Shown: positions 30,069-40,029 of the stretch, piece after piece | How positions within the stretch are numbered: position 1 is the stretch's first letter | Layout of the letters: the number at the start of each line of letters is the position of its first letter | Source: Bacilli bacterium | Lineage (GTDB): Bacteria; Bacillota_I; Bacilli_A; RF39; UBA660 | Direction: 5' to 3' | Length of the DNA stretch: 64,000 bases | Assembly (NCBI GenBank): GCA_017434825.1 | Contig: JAFSGC010000005.1 | Coordinates: 3-64,002 of the forward strand | Program-made: the position numbers and the translations under genes | Notes under the pieces: model-generated | What the model was told of the DNA's origin: nothing | The model's input: the letters and a program-made list of their open reading frames with translations, nothing else | Databases searched by the model: none

Positions 30069-31199
30069 ATGACAAAATATTTACCATTAGAATTTCAAGA
30101 CGGAACAAGACTAAGACTTCGCGAAGAACGATATGCCGAAACTAGAGAACAAATCGAATCTTTTTTAAGTGGTGAACGCCATTTACACACTAAAGCATTT
30201 GCAAAGGACGTAATGTTTTCTCACGAAATATCTGCAAACAATCAGGTCGAAGGCTACGCAGACGATGCAAGCACCGTAAAAAGAATAATTGCATCAAAAG
30301 CAAGAAAAGGCAACGATCCCCAATCAAGAAGAATTTTAAACTTATACCATGGATATAACTATATTCTAAAAGAAAGAACTATAGATAAAGAAAGTTTAAG
30401 AAAACTATATACTATATTATCGCGTGGATTATTAGAGCCTCAAGACGAAAAAAGAATGGGCGAGTATTATCGTACTGATAAAGTTTATATTCTAACCTGT
30501 GGGCGATTAGATACAGAATTAGATGAAGGCGTACCAGCAGAACGAATCGATGAATTTATGACTGCCTATTTTGAATTTTTAAATAGCCTCGATTTCTCTG
30601 GTTCAATAACTGATGAATATATCAAAAGTCAAATATTACACTTTTATTTTGTATATATCCATCCATATTTCGATGTTAATGGTAGAACATCTAGAACTGT
30701 TGCTATGTGGCATTTGTTAAACCAAAAAGCATACCCATACATTATTTTTAATCGCGGAATAACATTTAAGGGATCAGAATATGACAGAGCAATTGTCGAT
30801 GTGAAAAAATTTAGAGATATATCTTTTTTTATCGATTACATGTTAAAAACAGTACAAACAGAATTAGAAAAAGAATATATTATGCAATGTATTGCCAGCA
30901 GCACTAATGCAAAACTTACTACAAGTGATTGGCAAACTATGTTGTATCTTTTATCAATGAACGGCATAATAACTGTATCCGATTATGCATCAATGTATAA
31001 TAGACTTAACGGTAAAACAAAAACAAAAGAGATTTATGAAAGTATGATTTTACCTCTCATATCAAAAGGAATACTAGACGTTGAAAGAGAAACTCAAAGC
31101 TATATGTATAACGATATGCATAATCAAGTATTAAGATTCAACCCTAAAGTAATGGATTATAATCCTGAAAAAATTAAAAGATTAGTAAAGTATAAATAA
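30069..31199 (+). CDS. Fic-domain protein
   Basis: HPYFDVNGRTSR variant of HPFxDGNGRxxR; promoter TTGATA-17-TATAAT; RBS GAGGGG. Confidence 0.9.
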   Translation: MTKYLPLEFQDGTRLRLREERYAETREQIESFLSGERHLHTKAFAKDVMFSHEISANNQVEGYADDASTVKRIIASKARKGNDPQSRRILNLYHGYNYILKERTIDKESLRKLYTILSRGLLEPQDEKRMGEYYRTDKVYILTCGRLDTELDEGVPAERIDEFMTAYFEFLNSLDFSGSITDEYIKSQILHFYFVYIHPYFDVNGRTSRTVAMWHLLNQKAYPYIIFNRGITFKGSEYDRAIVDVKKFRDISFFIDYMLKTVQTELEKEYIMQCIASSTNAKLTTSDWQTMLYLLSMNGIITVSDYASMYNRLNGKTKTKEIYESMILPLISKGILDVERETQSYMYNDMHNQVLRFNPKVMDYNPEKIKRLVKYK

Positions 31200-31218
31200 A
31201 AGTTACATATTGTTTAAT

Positions 31219-31959
31219 ATGAATATAATTTATGCTCTTCTAATCTCTTTTTTTGCAGGTATATCTACACTTATTGGTGCCTTATTTATCTTTTTACCCA
31301 TTAAAAGAGATAACATCAACAGATTTTTGACTTTTTCCTTATCTTTTTCTTTAGCTATTATGATTGGAATCTGTATAAGTGATCTGCTTCCCGAATCAAT
31401 TTTTACAATTACCAACGCATATTCTTATCGTTCAATACCTTTGATTATTAGTTTATTTTTATTAAGTTATCTATTAATTAAATTAATTAATAAGTTTTTA
31501 TCCAAATATGAAAGTAATCTCTATAAACTAGGCATTTTATCGATGGTTACACTAATCTTACATAATTTACCCGAAGGAATAATAACCTTTTTAAGTAGTT
31601 ATACAAATCTAGGATTAGGAATTAAACTATCAATAGCTATTGCTATGCATAATATTCCTGAAGGCGTTGCCATCGCCGTTCCAATATATTATTCAACAGG
31701 CTCTAAAAAGGAAGCTATCTTAAAAACAACATTATCTGGGTTATCAGAACCAATCGGAGCTTTAATTGCATACATCTTTCTATCAAAATATATTACTTCC
31801 AATATGATAGCTATAATACTTATCATAGTATCTGGATTAATGATAACGTTAGCAATAGAGCAAATGCTTCCTGAAGCATTAAAATACAAGGAAAATAAAT
31901 ATATATATTTTGGAATTATCTTAGGAATAATTGTCATCATTATAAATACTTTGTTATAA
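31219..31959 (+). CDS. ZIP-family metal transporter (ZupT-like)
   Basis: LHNLPEG, IAMHNIPEG and SGLSEPIGA motifs. Confidence 0.9.
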   Translation: MNIIYALLISFFAGISTLIGALFIFLPIKRDNINRFLTFSLSFSLAIMIGICISDLLPESIFTITNAYSYRSIPLIISLFLLSYLLIKLINKFLSKYESNLYKLGILSMVTLILHNLPEGIITFLSSYTNLGLGIKLSIAIAMHNIPEGVAIAVPIYYSTGSKKEAILKTTLSGLSEPIGALIAYIFLSKYITSNMIAIILIIVSGLMITLAIEQMLPEALKYKENKYIYFGIILGIIVIIINTLL

Positions 31960-31977
31960 TAATATAGGTGATTAAAT

Positions 31978-32583
31978 GTGAAAACAGTAGGCGTACTAAC
32001 AAGAATCGATGAACTTAACAACAAAAGTATTCATTATATTCCAAGTGATATATTTTATAAATTAAAAGACAAAGCAAATGTAATTATCATTCCTTTTGCT
32101 ATGCAAGATGAATTTAAGGACATTATTTCTCTCGTACAACAATGTGATGGAATTATTCTTCCAGGGGGAGATGATATATATAGCATTGAAACAGAATTAT
32201 GTAAATATTTATATGAAAATGATATTCCAACATTTGGGATATGTTTAGGAATGCAAACAATGGCATGCGCTATTGAAGGAAATCTAGGTTCAGTTGGAAA
32301 CTTAAATCATAAAAGCCAAGAAACGTATGTTCATGATGTAACGTTAAAAAAAGATTCTATAATTCACAAAATAATGAATAAAGATGTAATTAATGTTAAT
32401 TCTAGGCATAAAGATTGTGTAGTCTCTACAAAGTTAAACATCAGTGCATATTCTAGCGAGGGAATTATTGAAGCCATAGAAGATCCTAACAAGAAATTCT
32501 TTATAGGAGTTCAATGGCACCCCGAAAACTTAAAAGACGAATATTCAAACAAATTATTCAACTATTTTATAAGTATGCTATAA
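31978..32583 (+). CDS. Class I glutamine amidotransferase-like peptidase C26
   Basis: DGIILPGG, GICLGMQ, VNSRH and GVQWHPE motifs. Confidence 0.9.
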   Translation: MKTVGVLTRIDELNNKSIHYIPSDIFYKLKDKANVIIIPFAMQDEFKDIISLVQQCDGIILPGGDDIYSIETELCKYLYENDIPTFGICLGMQTMACAIEGNLGSVGNLNHKSQETYVHDVTLKKDSIIHKIMNKDVINVNSRHKDCVVSTKLNISAYSSEGIIEAIEDPNKKFFIGVQWHPENLKDEYSNKLFNYFISML

Positions 32584-32605
32584 TTATTATTTATAAGGAG
32601 TAACA

Positions 32606-33928
32606 ATGAAAAAACTATTATTTTTATTAACTTTTTTTATACCATTTATGGTAAATGCAGAAGAAGACTTAACTAGTAAATGTACAATAAAAATCGGAGA
32701 AAAAGAATATTCAAAAATTACAGATAATAATTATTCTACATATTTAAAATTTACTAAAGACAGTGCTATTACAATATCATGTGAAGAAGAAATTCAAAAC
32801 ATCTATGTTATGTATAATGTTAAAAGTACTCAAGGAACAATACAATATGCTGATGTAAACCAAGAAACAGGTACTAATAACTTCTTAAATGAAGTAATTA
32901 AATTAAAAAATAGCACTAAAAATGCAACGATAACATATAACGAAGATTATTCGATTGCAGAAATATATACCTTTAGCAAAGATCTTCCAAATTGGGTACA
33001 AGATTGGCAAACATTAGATAAAGCAGATTTAATGTTATTTTCTACGCACTCTGACGACGAGCAATTATTTTTCGCAGGTCTAATGCCTACGTACATAAAT
33101 AAAGGATATAAAATTCAAGTAGTTTATTTTACCAATCATTATAACAATACACTAAGATATCACGAACAGCTAGATGGTTTATGGACTATAGGAATTAAGT
33201 ATTATCCAGTTATAAGTACATTTCCTGATGCATATTCAGAGTCACTCGAAGGAGCAACTAAAAATTTAAATGCTGCAGGATATTCCAGAGAAGATGCGTT
33301 AGCTTTCCAAGTGGAACAAATTAGAAAATATAAACCTTATGTAGTAGTAGGTCACGATGAGAAAGGGGAGTATAGCCACGGTCAGCATATGCTAAATACT
33401 GACATCCTAAAAGAAGCAATCCATAAAGCAGATGATAAAAGTTTCAATACTACCACAGAATTAAACCCTTGGAAGATTAGTAAACTATACTTACATTTAT
33501 ACAATGAAAACAAAATAGTTTTAGATTACGATATTCCTTTAGAAAACTATGAAGGGAAGACTGCTTATGAAGTATCAAAAGAAGGCTATTCAAAACACTA
33601 TTCCCAACAATATACATGGTTCACAGACTGGTTAAACGGGCCTAATAATTCCTATACATCAGCTACCCAAATAAAAACATATAATCCTGCTCATTATGGA
33701 TTATATTATAGTAGTGTAGGGGAAGACGTTAATAAAGATGACATATTTGAAAATGTTAAATTTCCAATAACTGAAATACTATTTAATAATAAAACAGATA
33801 ATGCAAAAATAAAATTTTTAAATACATATAACGGCTTAAGTACAAATCAAAAATTAATGTATATTGGAATAACTATTATATTAATAAGTTCAATCGGATT
33901 TATAATAATACATAATAAAAAGAAATAA
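32606..33928 (+). CDS. Surface-anchored PIG-L/LmbE-family de-N-acetylase
   Basis: Signal peptide, HSDDE metal motif, GEYSHGQH, C-terminal TM plus KKK. Confidence 0.8.
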   Translation: MKKLLFLLTFFIPFMVNAEEDLTSKCTIKIGEKEYSKITDNNYSTYLKFTKDSAITISCEEEIQNIYVMYNVKSTQGTIQYADVNQETGTNNFLNEVIKLKNSTKNATITYNEDYSIAEIYTFSKDLPNWVQDWQTLDKADLMLFSTHSDDEQLFFAGLMPTYINKGYKIQVVYFTNHYNNTLRYHEQLDGLWTIGIKYYPVISTFPDAYSESLEGATKNLNAAGYSREDALAFQVEQIRKYKPYVVVGHDEKGEYSHGQHMLNTDILKEAIHKADDKSFNTTTELNPWKISKLYLHLYNENKIVLDYDIPLENYEGKTAYEVSKEGYSKHYSQQYTWFTDWLNGPNNSYTSATQIKTYNPAHYGLYYSSVGEDVNKDDIFENVKFPITEILFNNKTDNAKIKFLNTYNGLSTNQKLMYIGITIILISSIGFIIIHNKKK

Positions 33929-33970
33929 GATAGTATAAATAATTATATTATCTTTTTTAAAAGAAACTAA

Positions 33971-33998
33971 AGTTAACATAATATATATTATGCGAAGC
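33971..33998 (-). other. dif: dif site (chromosome dimer resolution)
   Basis: Minus strand reads GCTTCGCATAA-TATATA-TTATGTTAACT, an 11-6-11 layout close to B. subtilis dif (ACTTCCTAGAA TATATA TTATGTAAACT) and E. coli dif. It sits at the gene-orientation switch. Confidence 0.92.
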
Positions 33999-34179
33999 TA
34001 CAATTTGAGTTAAAATATCAGATATTTAAGTTAGTTTTATATCTATTAATATGATTATATCATAAATCATTATTCAAACGCTTAGATAAAATAAAAGTTT
34101 ACAAAATAAAAATCTAAAACAAATTAAGTTTTAGATTATTAAAAAAACATATTTAAATATAAGATATGCGCACACGCTT

Positions 34180-34249
34180 TATAACCTTATTATATATATT
34201 TATAAGGTTATATATATTATCCTATTATATATAAAATAAGGATATATAT
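34180..34249. repeat. Two tandem related AT-rich palindromes
   Basis: TATAACCTTAT-N11-ATAAGGTTATA (34180-34212) followed by TATCCTATT-atatataa-AATAAGGATA. Confidence 0.6.
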
Positions 34250-34278
34250 GCTCAAGAACAATTAATTTGGTAGGGGAC

Positions 34279-35100
34279 TTAATCAGTCACAGGGGAGGAT
34301 GAAATCCAGTAGTAATTCCCCTCTTTATTTTTTTCAAAAACATGAACATACTTTTGACCGTAGTCAATAACGAAGTCTACATCATATTTCTTTGTATCCT
34401 TCAGTTGATTAGTACATTCTGTATTTTCTATACTACCATTAGTATTCATGTAACATTTTCCACTGTTTAGTGATATAAAATTATCATACAGATATATCTT
34501 GTGATTTTTCTTTTTAACTTTTGTAACTACGCGATATACAGTAGGGGCCCACCCCATTTGTAACGTTTGAATTTCAGAAGCACCACAAACATACCTACCC
34601 TCTTCTTCGTCAAAGAAGCAATTTTGAATTCCGTTGATAGAAAAATCTGCATTTTCTTCAATATCCTTACCAAACATTGTGTAGTAGGCTTTATCTAAAT
34701 CTTCTGCAGAGAAGGTAAAAACAGTACACACTTCCCCTTCCTCATCAGTTCTAAACATTTTGTCTTTTGTAAATTTACACAATTTTTTCTTTTTTTCTTT
34801 AGTAAGCGTATCTGAAGAAATCTTATTCTTGTCAATTAGTTTATATGCTAAGCATAACTTCGTAGTGTTATCCATAGTATCTTGAGATACATCATCATAA
34901 AAAACCATACCGCCACAGTAGTCTAAGTTGCTATCTCCCAAATACGAATACAAAGCCTTTGATTCTTCACTCTCAGGATCAATAGTGGTTAACTTTGATA
35001 TAACTAGCCATATAAGCAAAGAAAGTAATAAAATACTAAATCCTACTGTTAATACAAAATACCAAGGAACTCTTTTAAAAGAATTCTTTTTCTTAGTCAT
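34279..35100 (-). CDS. Hypothetical membrane-anchored protein with several Cys
   Basis: N-terminal TM, 8 Cys in the extracellular part, YYWISS end; probably co-transcribed with the HTH gene (2-bp gap). Confidence 0.75.
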   Translation of the reverse strand: MTKKKNSFKRVPWYFVLTVGFSILLLSLLIWLVISKLTTIDPESEESKALYSYLGDSNLDYCGGMVFYDDVSQDTMDNTTKLCLAYKLIDKNKISSDTLTKEKKKKLCKFTKDKMFRTDEEGEVCTVFTFSAEDLDKAYYTMFGKDIEENADFSINGIQNCFFDEEEGRYVCGASEIQTLQMGWAPTVYRVVTKVKKKNHKIYLYDNFISLNSGKCYMNTNGSIENTECTNQLKDTKKYDVDFVIDYGQKYVHVFEKNKEGNYYWISSSPVTD

Positions 35101-35102
35101 AA

Positions 35103-35873
35103 TTATACCTTCCTTGATTGAATTTCTGCAATTTTTTCAAACACTTCAGCAGCATTCGACTCATTTATATCATCATATCCTAATTCATGTAACGCTTGAA
35201 CTTTAATTGTATTTAATTGTTGTGTACGACTCATTTTTTCTTCATTCTTTTGTTCTATTTCTTGAATGAATCTTCTTCTTGATTCTGCTACTTTGCTTTT
35301 TGAAGCACCACCATTATTATATAACGTTAATCCTGAATATAAAATGCCCTCAAATATAAACTGACGATCTTCATCGTAAGCAAATTCTTCAGGTTTAATA
35401 AAGCCGTTTGTCTTTGCAATGTAACCAAGAATATACTTGATTTCCGGAACGTTGTTAATGGATTGTAATAAATAATATAGATACTTCACAGTTGCATTAT
35501 TAGTGTATCCGCCTTCTAATAACTTTTCTTTTAAAAGGAAAAATATATCTGCAAGCAAAGCTTTTGATTCTTTGTCTAATCCAGTCAAATCAAAATTATT
35601 ATCTACAGAATCCTCTTTCTTAATATTAGCATTTAATCTCTTTTCAACTTCTAACAAATAATCAGTTGTAACCTTTATATCTTTAATTGATTTTTCGCTT
35701 CCATCAGCTACATTTAATAATTGTAATAATAATATTTTCTTTTCTTTTGGCCATTTTTCTAAACCATCTAAAGTTAGATAGTTATATACCATTTGACGAG
35801 AAACTCCTAAATATTTTGCTAATTTTACTTTAGAAATTCCTAACTCTTGTAATAAATTGTTTAATGTTTCCAT
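35103..35873 (-). CDS. XRE-type HTH domain protein with an unknown helical C-terminus
   Basis: LGISKVKLAKYLGVSRQMVYNY HTH at the N-terminus. Confidence 0.8.
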   Translation of the reverse strand: METLNNLLQELGISKVKLAKYLGVSRQMVYNYLTLDGLEKWPKEKKILLLQLLNVADGSEKSIKDIKVTTDYLLEVEKRLNANIKKEDSVDNNFDLTGLDKESKALLADIFFLLKEKLLEGGYTNNATVKYLYYLLQSINNVPEIKYILGYIAKTNGFIKPEEFAYDEDRQFIFEGILYSGLTLYNNGGASKSKVAESRRRFIQEIEQKNEEKMSRTQQLNTIKVQALHELGYDDINESNAAEVFEKIAEIQSRKV

Positions 35874-35973
35874 ATCTGCCTCACTACTTTCTTTACATTA
35901 TAATTATATCTTGCTTAACACTTTCTTGTCAATTGATATATATCAAAAATATGATAAAATTATATTGTCTGAG

Positions 35974-36333
35974 GTGATTAAAATTAAAAATAAAAGCATT
36001 AAGATTTTGATTACAATTCTTTTGATCATTCTATCAATTTGTACAATTGCTTATTTATCAAAACTAAAAGTATTTAAAGCAATCGAAAAAGAATACATTG
36101 ATGCCGCGGAATATATATACAAAGAACAAGCGCTCGAAGATATACAAACAAAAGAAGAGATAATACTAACTCGCCAGGAAATAAATATATTATTTACTTC
36201 TGCGCCATTAAGCGCTGATTGTAATGGTTATGTAATAATTGTCCCTAACGGTCAAGAAGCCGACATCAAAGCATATATAAAATGTGCTGATAAATATCAA
36301 AGTTATAACTTTGATGAAACATATTTAGAATAA
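35974..36333 (+). CDS. Small membrane-anchored pilin-head-like protein (start uncertain: GTG 35974 or ATT 35983)
   Basis: GAGGTG RBS, TM helix, AAEYIY and CNGYVII...AYIKC. Confidence 0.65.
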   Translation: MIKIKNKSIKILITILLIILSICTIAYLSKLKVFKAIEKEYIDAAEYIYKEQALEDIQTKEEIILTRQEINILFTSAPLSADCNGYVIIVPNGQEADIKAYIKCADKYQSYNFDETYLE

Positions 36334-36364
36334 AAAAGTGTAAGATTAAATTCTTACACTTTTT
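36333..36364. terminator. Bidirectional terminator
   Basis: AAAAGTGTAAGA/TCTTACACTTTT between convergent genes. Confidence 0.8.
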
Positions 36365-39281
36365 ATTTTGCGTCTTCTAGTTTTACGCTAACCAGTTTAG
36401 AGACCCCGCTTTCTTGCATAGTAACTCCATATAAGATGTCTGCATATTCCATCATCTTTTTCTTATGAGTAATTAGTATAAACTGACTATGTGCCTTCAT
36501 ATTAGATAAGTATTCTCCAAACATATTAACATTTTCTTCATCTAAAGCGGCTTCGGCTTCGTCCAAAACAATGAATGGTACCGGTTTTACATTTAAAATT
36601 GCAAATATTAAACAAATAGCCGTTAAAGCTTTTTCTCCGCCTGATAACGATGCAGTAGAATTTAGTTTTTTTCCTGGAGGAACAGCTAAAATATTGATGC
36701 CGGTATTTAATAAATCTTCTTCATCAGCAAGTTTTAATAACCCATTACCGCCTTTAAACATTATTCTAAACACCTTTGAAAATTCTTTAGATATCTGATC
36801 AAAAGTAGTTTTAAATTTATCTTTCATTATATCATCCATCTCACTAATGACATTTAATAACTCATTCGAAGATGTTTCTAAATCATTTCTTTGTTTATCA
36901 AGGAAATCATATCTGCGCTTTAATCTATCATACTCATCAATACTACCTAGGTTAACATTAGTTAATCCTTTTAATTCACTTTTTAGCTTACTTACCATGT
37001 TTCTAGCTACTTCAATTTCCATATTCAATGAATAATTATTATTAGCATATTCATATGAAATATTATAATCAGAGGACAAGATATTAAGCAAATTATCAAT
37101 TCGAACTTCATATTTGGCAATATCTACTTCATTGTTTTTTATGGTATTTTCAAGTTTATGATAATGACTATTTTGTTCAGACACCATTTTTTCTAAACTT
37201 ACAATTTCATTGCTCAAATCGAATTTACTACTTTGTAGATTACGAAGTTCAACTTCACATAAATCTTTTTCTTTTTGTTTTAAATTTAATTGCTCCAAAA
37301 TTTCTTGAACACGATTATCTACATCGTTATTATCGATAGCACCTAAACCTTTAATATTATCAATAACGCTTTCTAGATTTGATCGATAATCTTTTAAAGC
37401 TATGTCTTTGGCTTCGATTGTCATTCTTCTTTCAGCGATCTTGCGATTTAATTCTCCAGTGGCTTCAACTAATAAATCATATTTACTATCTTCAGCCTTA
37501 ATGGAAATATTTATGTTTTCTAAAGATACCTTCTTGTTTTCTAGTTCTTTCTTTAATTTGTTTAAAGTAGAACGATCATGTGTTTCCTTACTGGTATTAC
37601 CACCTGCTATAGAACCACCAGGATAAATAATTTCTCCTTCTAAAGATACCATTTTATATTTATGTTCAACTACTTTAGCAATACTAAATAAATCATCTAT
37701 AGTATCAACTACTAACACATTTCCTAATTGATTTTCAATAATATCTTGATATTTACTATCAAAATCCACTAAATCAGAAGCCACTCCAATAAATCCAGGT
37801 AATGATGCCAATGTATATTCAATGTCTTTAGAAATATGTCTAGACTTAATAGTATCTATAGGGAAGAATGTTGCTCTTCCTAAACGATTTTCTTTTAAAT
37901 AATTAATAGCTTCTTTAGCACAGTTCATGTTATCTACTATAATAAAATTAGAGTTAGCTCCTAAAGCAGTATTTATTGCTACAGTATGAGCTTCATTAAT
38001 ATCAATAACATTTCCAATTGTATTATGAATTCCTTCTAAACGTGGATTATTAATAATACTACTAACGCTTCTTGGCAAGAAAACATTATTTTCCAAGTTG
38101 CTATTTTCAATATTAATTTTATTTTGTAGAACTAAAATTTCTTTGTTAATTCTATTATATTCATTATTACAGTTTTGAAGTATTACCTTTGTTTTTAATT
38201 CTTCATCAGATTTTGCATTGTATTCCTTTATTAATTGTTGAAATTCATTTCTCATTCCATCCAATTCTTTAGATAAAACCTCAATATTTCTCTCTAAATT
38301 TAATTTTTCTTCATTTAAAGATAATAAATTTGTATCAATCGTATCTTTATCAAGCTTATATTTTGCTCTTTCAAGATTTATTTGTTTTTGACTATTTAAA
38401 GCAGATATTTCATCAGATAATTCTAAGATTTTTTTATTGATATCCGCAATTTTTTCATCAATTTTAATATTTTCTAATTTAAGTTTTTCTAACTCTTCAG
38501 GTTTAGCAAGGTCTAACGAATCTAATTCTCGTTGGATTGATTGATTTTCATTTTTTAGTTTCTCATATTTATTAGTTAAATTTGTGACATCGTGAGCAAT
38601 CAAAGAAATCTCTACATCTTCAAGCTCTTTTTTTATTGAAATATACTTTGTAGCGTCATCTTTTTGCTTTTCCAAAGGTTTTAGAGTAGTCATTAATTCT
38701 TTTATAATTAAGTTTACTCTAGTTAGATTTTCTTTTGTTCCTTCTAGTTTTTTTAAAGATTCTTCCTTACGTTTTTTATACTTTAATACACCAGCAGCAC
38801 TTTCAAACAGTATTCTTCTTTCACTTGATTTATTTTCAACCAAAGCATTTATATTACCTTGGGAAATTATATTAAACTTAGAGGTTACATCAATTAATAA
38901 ATCCGTAATATCTTTAAGTCTAACACGAGCATTATTTATAAAATACTCATTTTCTCCAGAACGATAAATAACCCGCTTAATTTCGACCTCATTAAACTCT
39001 GTGTTTAATCGATGGTCGGAATTATCAAACAATATTGCTACGCTAGCTTTTTTTTGCTCTTCGCGCGTTTTTGAGCCACTAAAAATAACATCACTCATAG
39101 AACTATCTCCACGAAGTGACTTAACACTTTGTTCTCCTAAAACCCATAAAATAGCATCTACAACGTTACTTTTACCACTTCCATTGGGACCTACTATCGC
39201 ACACATTCCCGAACTAAGATCAAGTTCAAGCTTATCGGCGAAAGATTTAAAGCCTTGGACTTTAATACTCTTTATATACAT
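36363..39281 (-). CDS. smc: Chromosome segregation protein SMC (short, 972 aa)
   Basis: GPNGSGKSN, hinge GRATFFP, LSGGEKA, LDEAEAALD and ITH motifs. Confidence 0.96.
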   Translation of the reverse strand: MYIKSIKVQGFKSFADKLELDLSSGMCAIVGPNGSGKSNVVDAILWVLGEQSVKSLRGDSSMSDVIFSGSKTREEQKKASVAILFDNSDHRLNTEFNEVEIKRVIYRSGENEYFINNARVRLKDITDLLIDVTSKFNIISQGNINALVENKSSERRILFESAAGVLKYKKRKEESLKKLEGTKENLTRVNLIIKELMTTLKPLEKQKDDATKYISIKKELEDVEISLIAHDVTNLTNKYEKLKNENQSIQRELDSLDLAKPEELEKLKLENIKIDEKIADINKKILELSDEISALNSQKQINLERAKYKLDKDTIDTNLLSLNEEKLNLERNIEVLSKELDGMRNEFQQLIKEYNAKSDEELKTKVILQNCNNEYNRINKEILVLQNKINIENSNLENNVFLPRSVSSIINNPRLEGIHNTIGNVIDINEAHTVAINTALGANSNFIIVDNMNCAKEAINYLKENRLGRATFFPIDTIKSRHISKDIEYTLASLPGFIGVASDLVDFDSKYQDIIENQLGNVLVVDTIDDLFSIAKVVEHKYKMVSLEGEIIYPGGSIAGGNTSKETHDRSTLNKLKKELENKKVSLENINISIKAEDSKYDLLVEATGELNRKIAERRMTIEAKDIALKDYRSNLESVIDNIKGLGAIDNNDVDNRVQEILEQLNLKQKEKDLCEVELRNLQSSKFDLSNEIVSLEKMVSEQNSHYHKLENTIKNNEVDIAKYEVRIDNLLNILSSDYNISYEYANNNYSLNMEIEVARNMVSKLKSELKGLTNVNLGSIDEYDRLKRRYDFLDKQRNDLETSSNELLNVISEMDDIMKDKFKTTFDQISKEFSKVFRIMFKGGNGLLKLADEEDLLNTGINILAVPPGKKLNSTASLSGGEKALTAICLIFAILNVKPVPFIVLDEAEAALDEENVNMFGEYLSNMKAHSQFILITHKKKMMEYADILYGVTMQESGVSKLVSVKLEDAK

Positions 39282-39284
39282 ATA

Positions 39285-39932
39285 CTACCTTGCACATTTC
39301 TTTAAAGCTGCTGCCGCTGCATTTTGCTCAGCTTCCTTTTTTGATTTACCAACACCAGTTCCTAGCACAATACCATCTACCACAACATTAACCTTAAATT
39401 GCATATTGTGTGCTTCGCCTGATGATTCTACTAATATATATTCTAACGACTTTTTATCAGTTTGAACCAATTCTTGTAAATTAGTTTTATAATCTTTGAA
39501 AAAGCCTTCATTATTTTTTACATAAGGAATTACTATTTCATGAATGTAATTACGGCAAACTTCAAGTCCGCATTCTAAATATATTACAGCAAGTACGGCT
39601 TCAAACGTATCAGCGATAATAGTATCGTTAACATGACCAACTAAGCCATGACCAACTCTAATATATTTGTCATACCCTACTTGTTTGACATAACAAGCCA
39701 AAGCTTCTTCACAAACATAACTAGAACGTTCTTTAGACATTTGTCCTTCTTTTAAATTAGTATTTTTATATAAATACTCACTCATTATTACCTGTAAAAC
39801 AGCATCTCCTAAAAACTCAAGACGTTCATAATCTTCACAATGATTTTCATACGCATATGATGAATGTGTCAACGCAGTTAACAGTAAACTTTGATTTTTT
39901 ATATTGATTCCATATTTACTAAGAAAATCCAT
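39285..39932 (-). CDS. rnc: Ribonuclease III
   Basis: ERLEFLGDAVL signature and dsRBD (GKSKKEAEQNAA). Confidence 0.97.
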   Translation of the reverse strand: MDFLSKYGINIKNQSLLLTALTHSSYAYENHCEDYERLEFLGDAVLQVIMSEYLYKNTNLKEGQMSKERSSYVCEEALACYVKQVGYDKYIRVGHGLVGHVNDTIIADTFEAVLAVIYLECGLEVCRNYIHEIVIPYVKNNEGFFKDYKTNLQELVQTDKKSLEYILVESSGEAHNMQFKVNVVVDGIVLGTGVGKSKKEAEQNAAAAALKKCAR

Positions 39933-40029
39933 AATTTCACCTATCCTACTTACGGATATAAGTATATCATAAAAACAATCTATTTGTAAATTTAATAAAA
40001 CCGTAGTACAATTATTATGTTGGTGATAT

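Noticed and set aside
28919-31199. Tyrosine recombinase plus Fic as an integrative element
   Set aside because: The recombinase has chromosomal Xer motifs and size and lies near dif; no att repeats or other mobility genes were seen.
34140-34260. CRISPR array or replication origin in the AT-rich gap
   Set aside because: There are only two degenerate units with no spacers or cas genes and no DnaA-box cluster. Genes converge here, which indicates a terminus.
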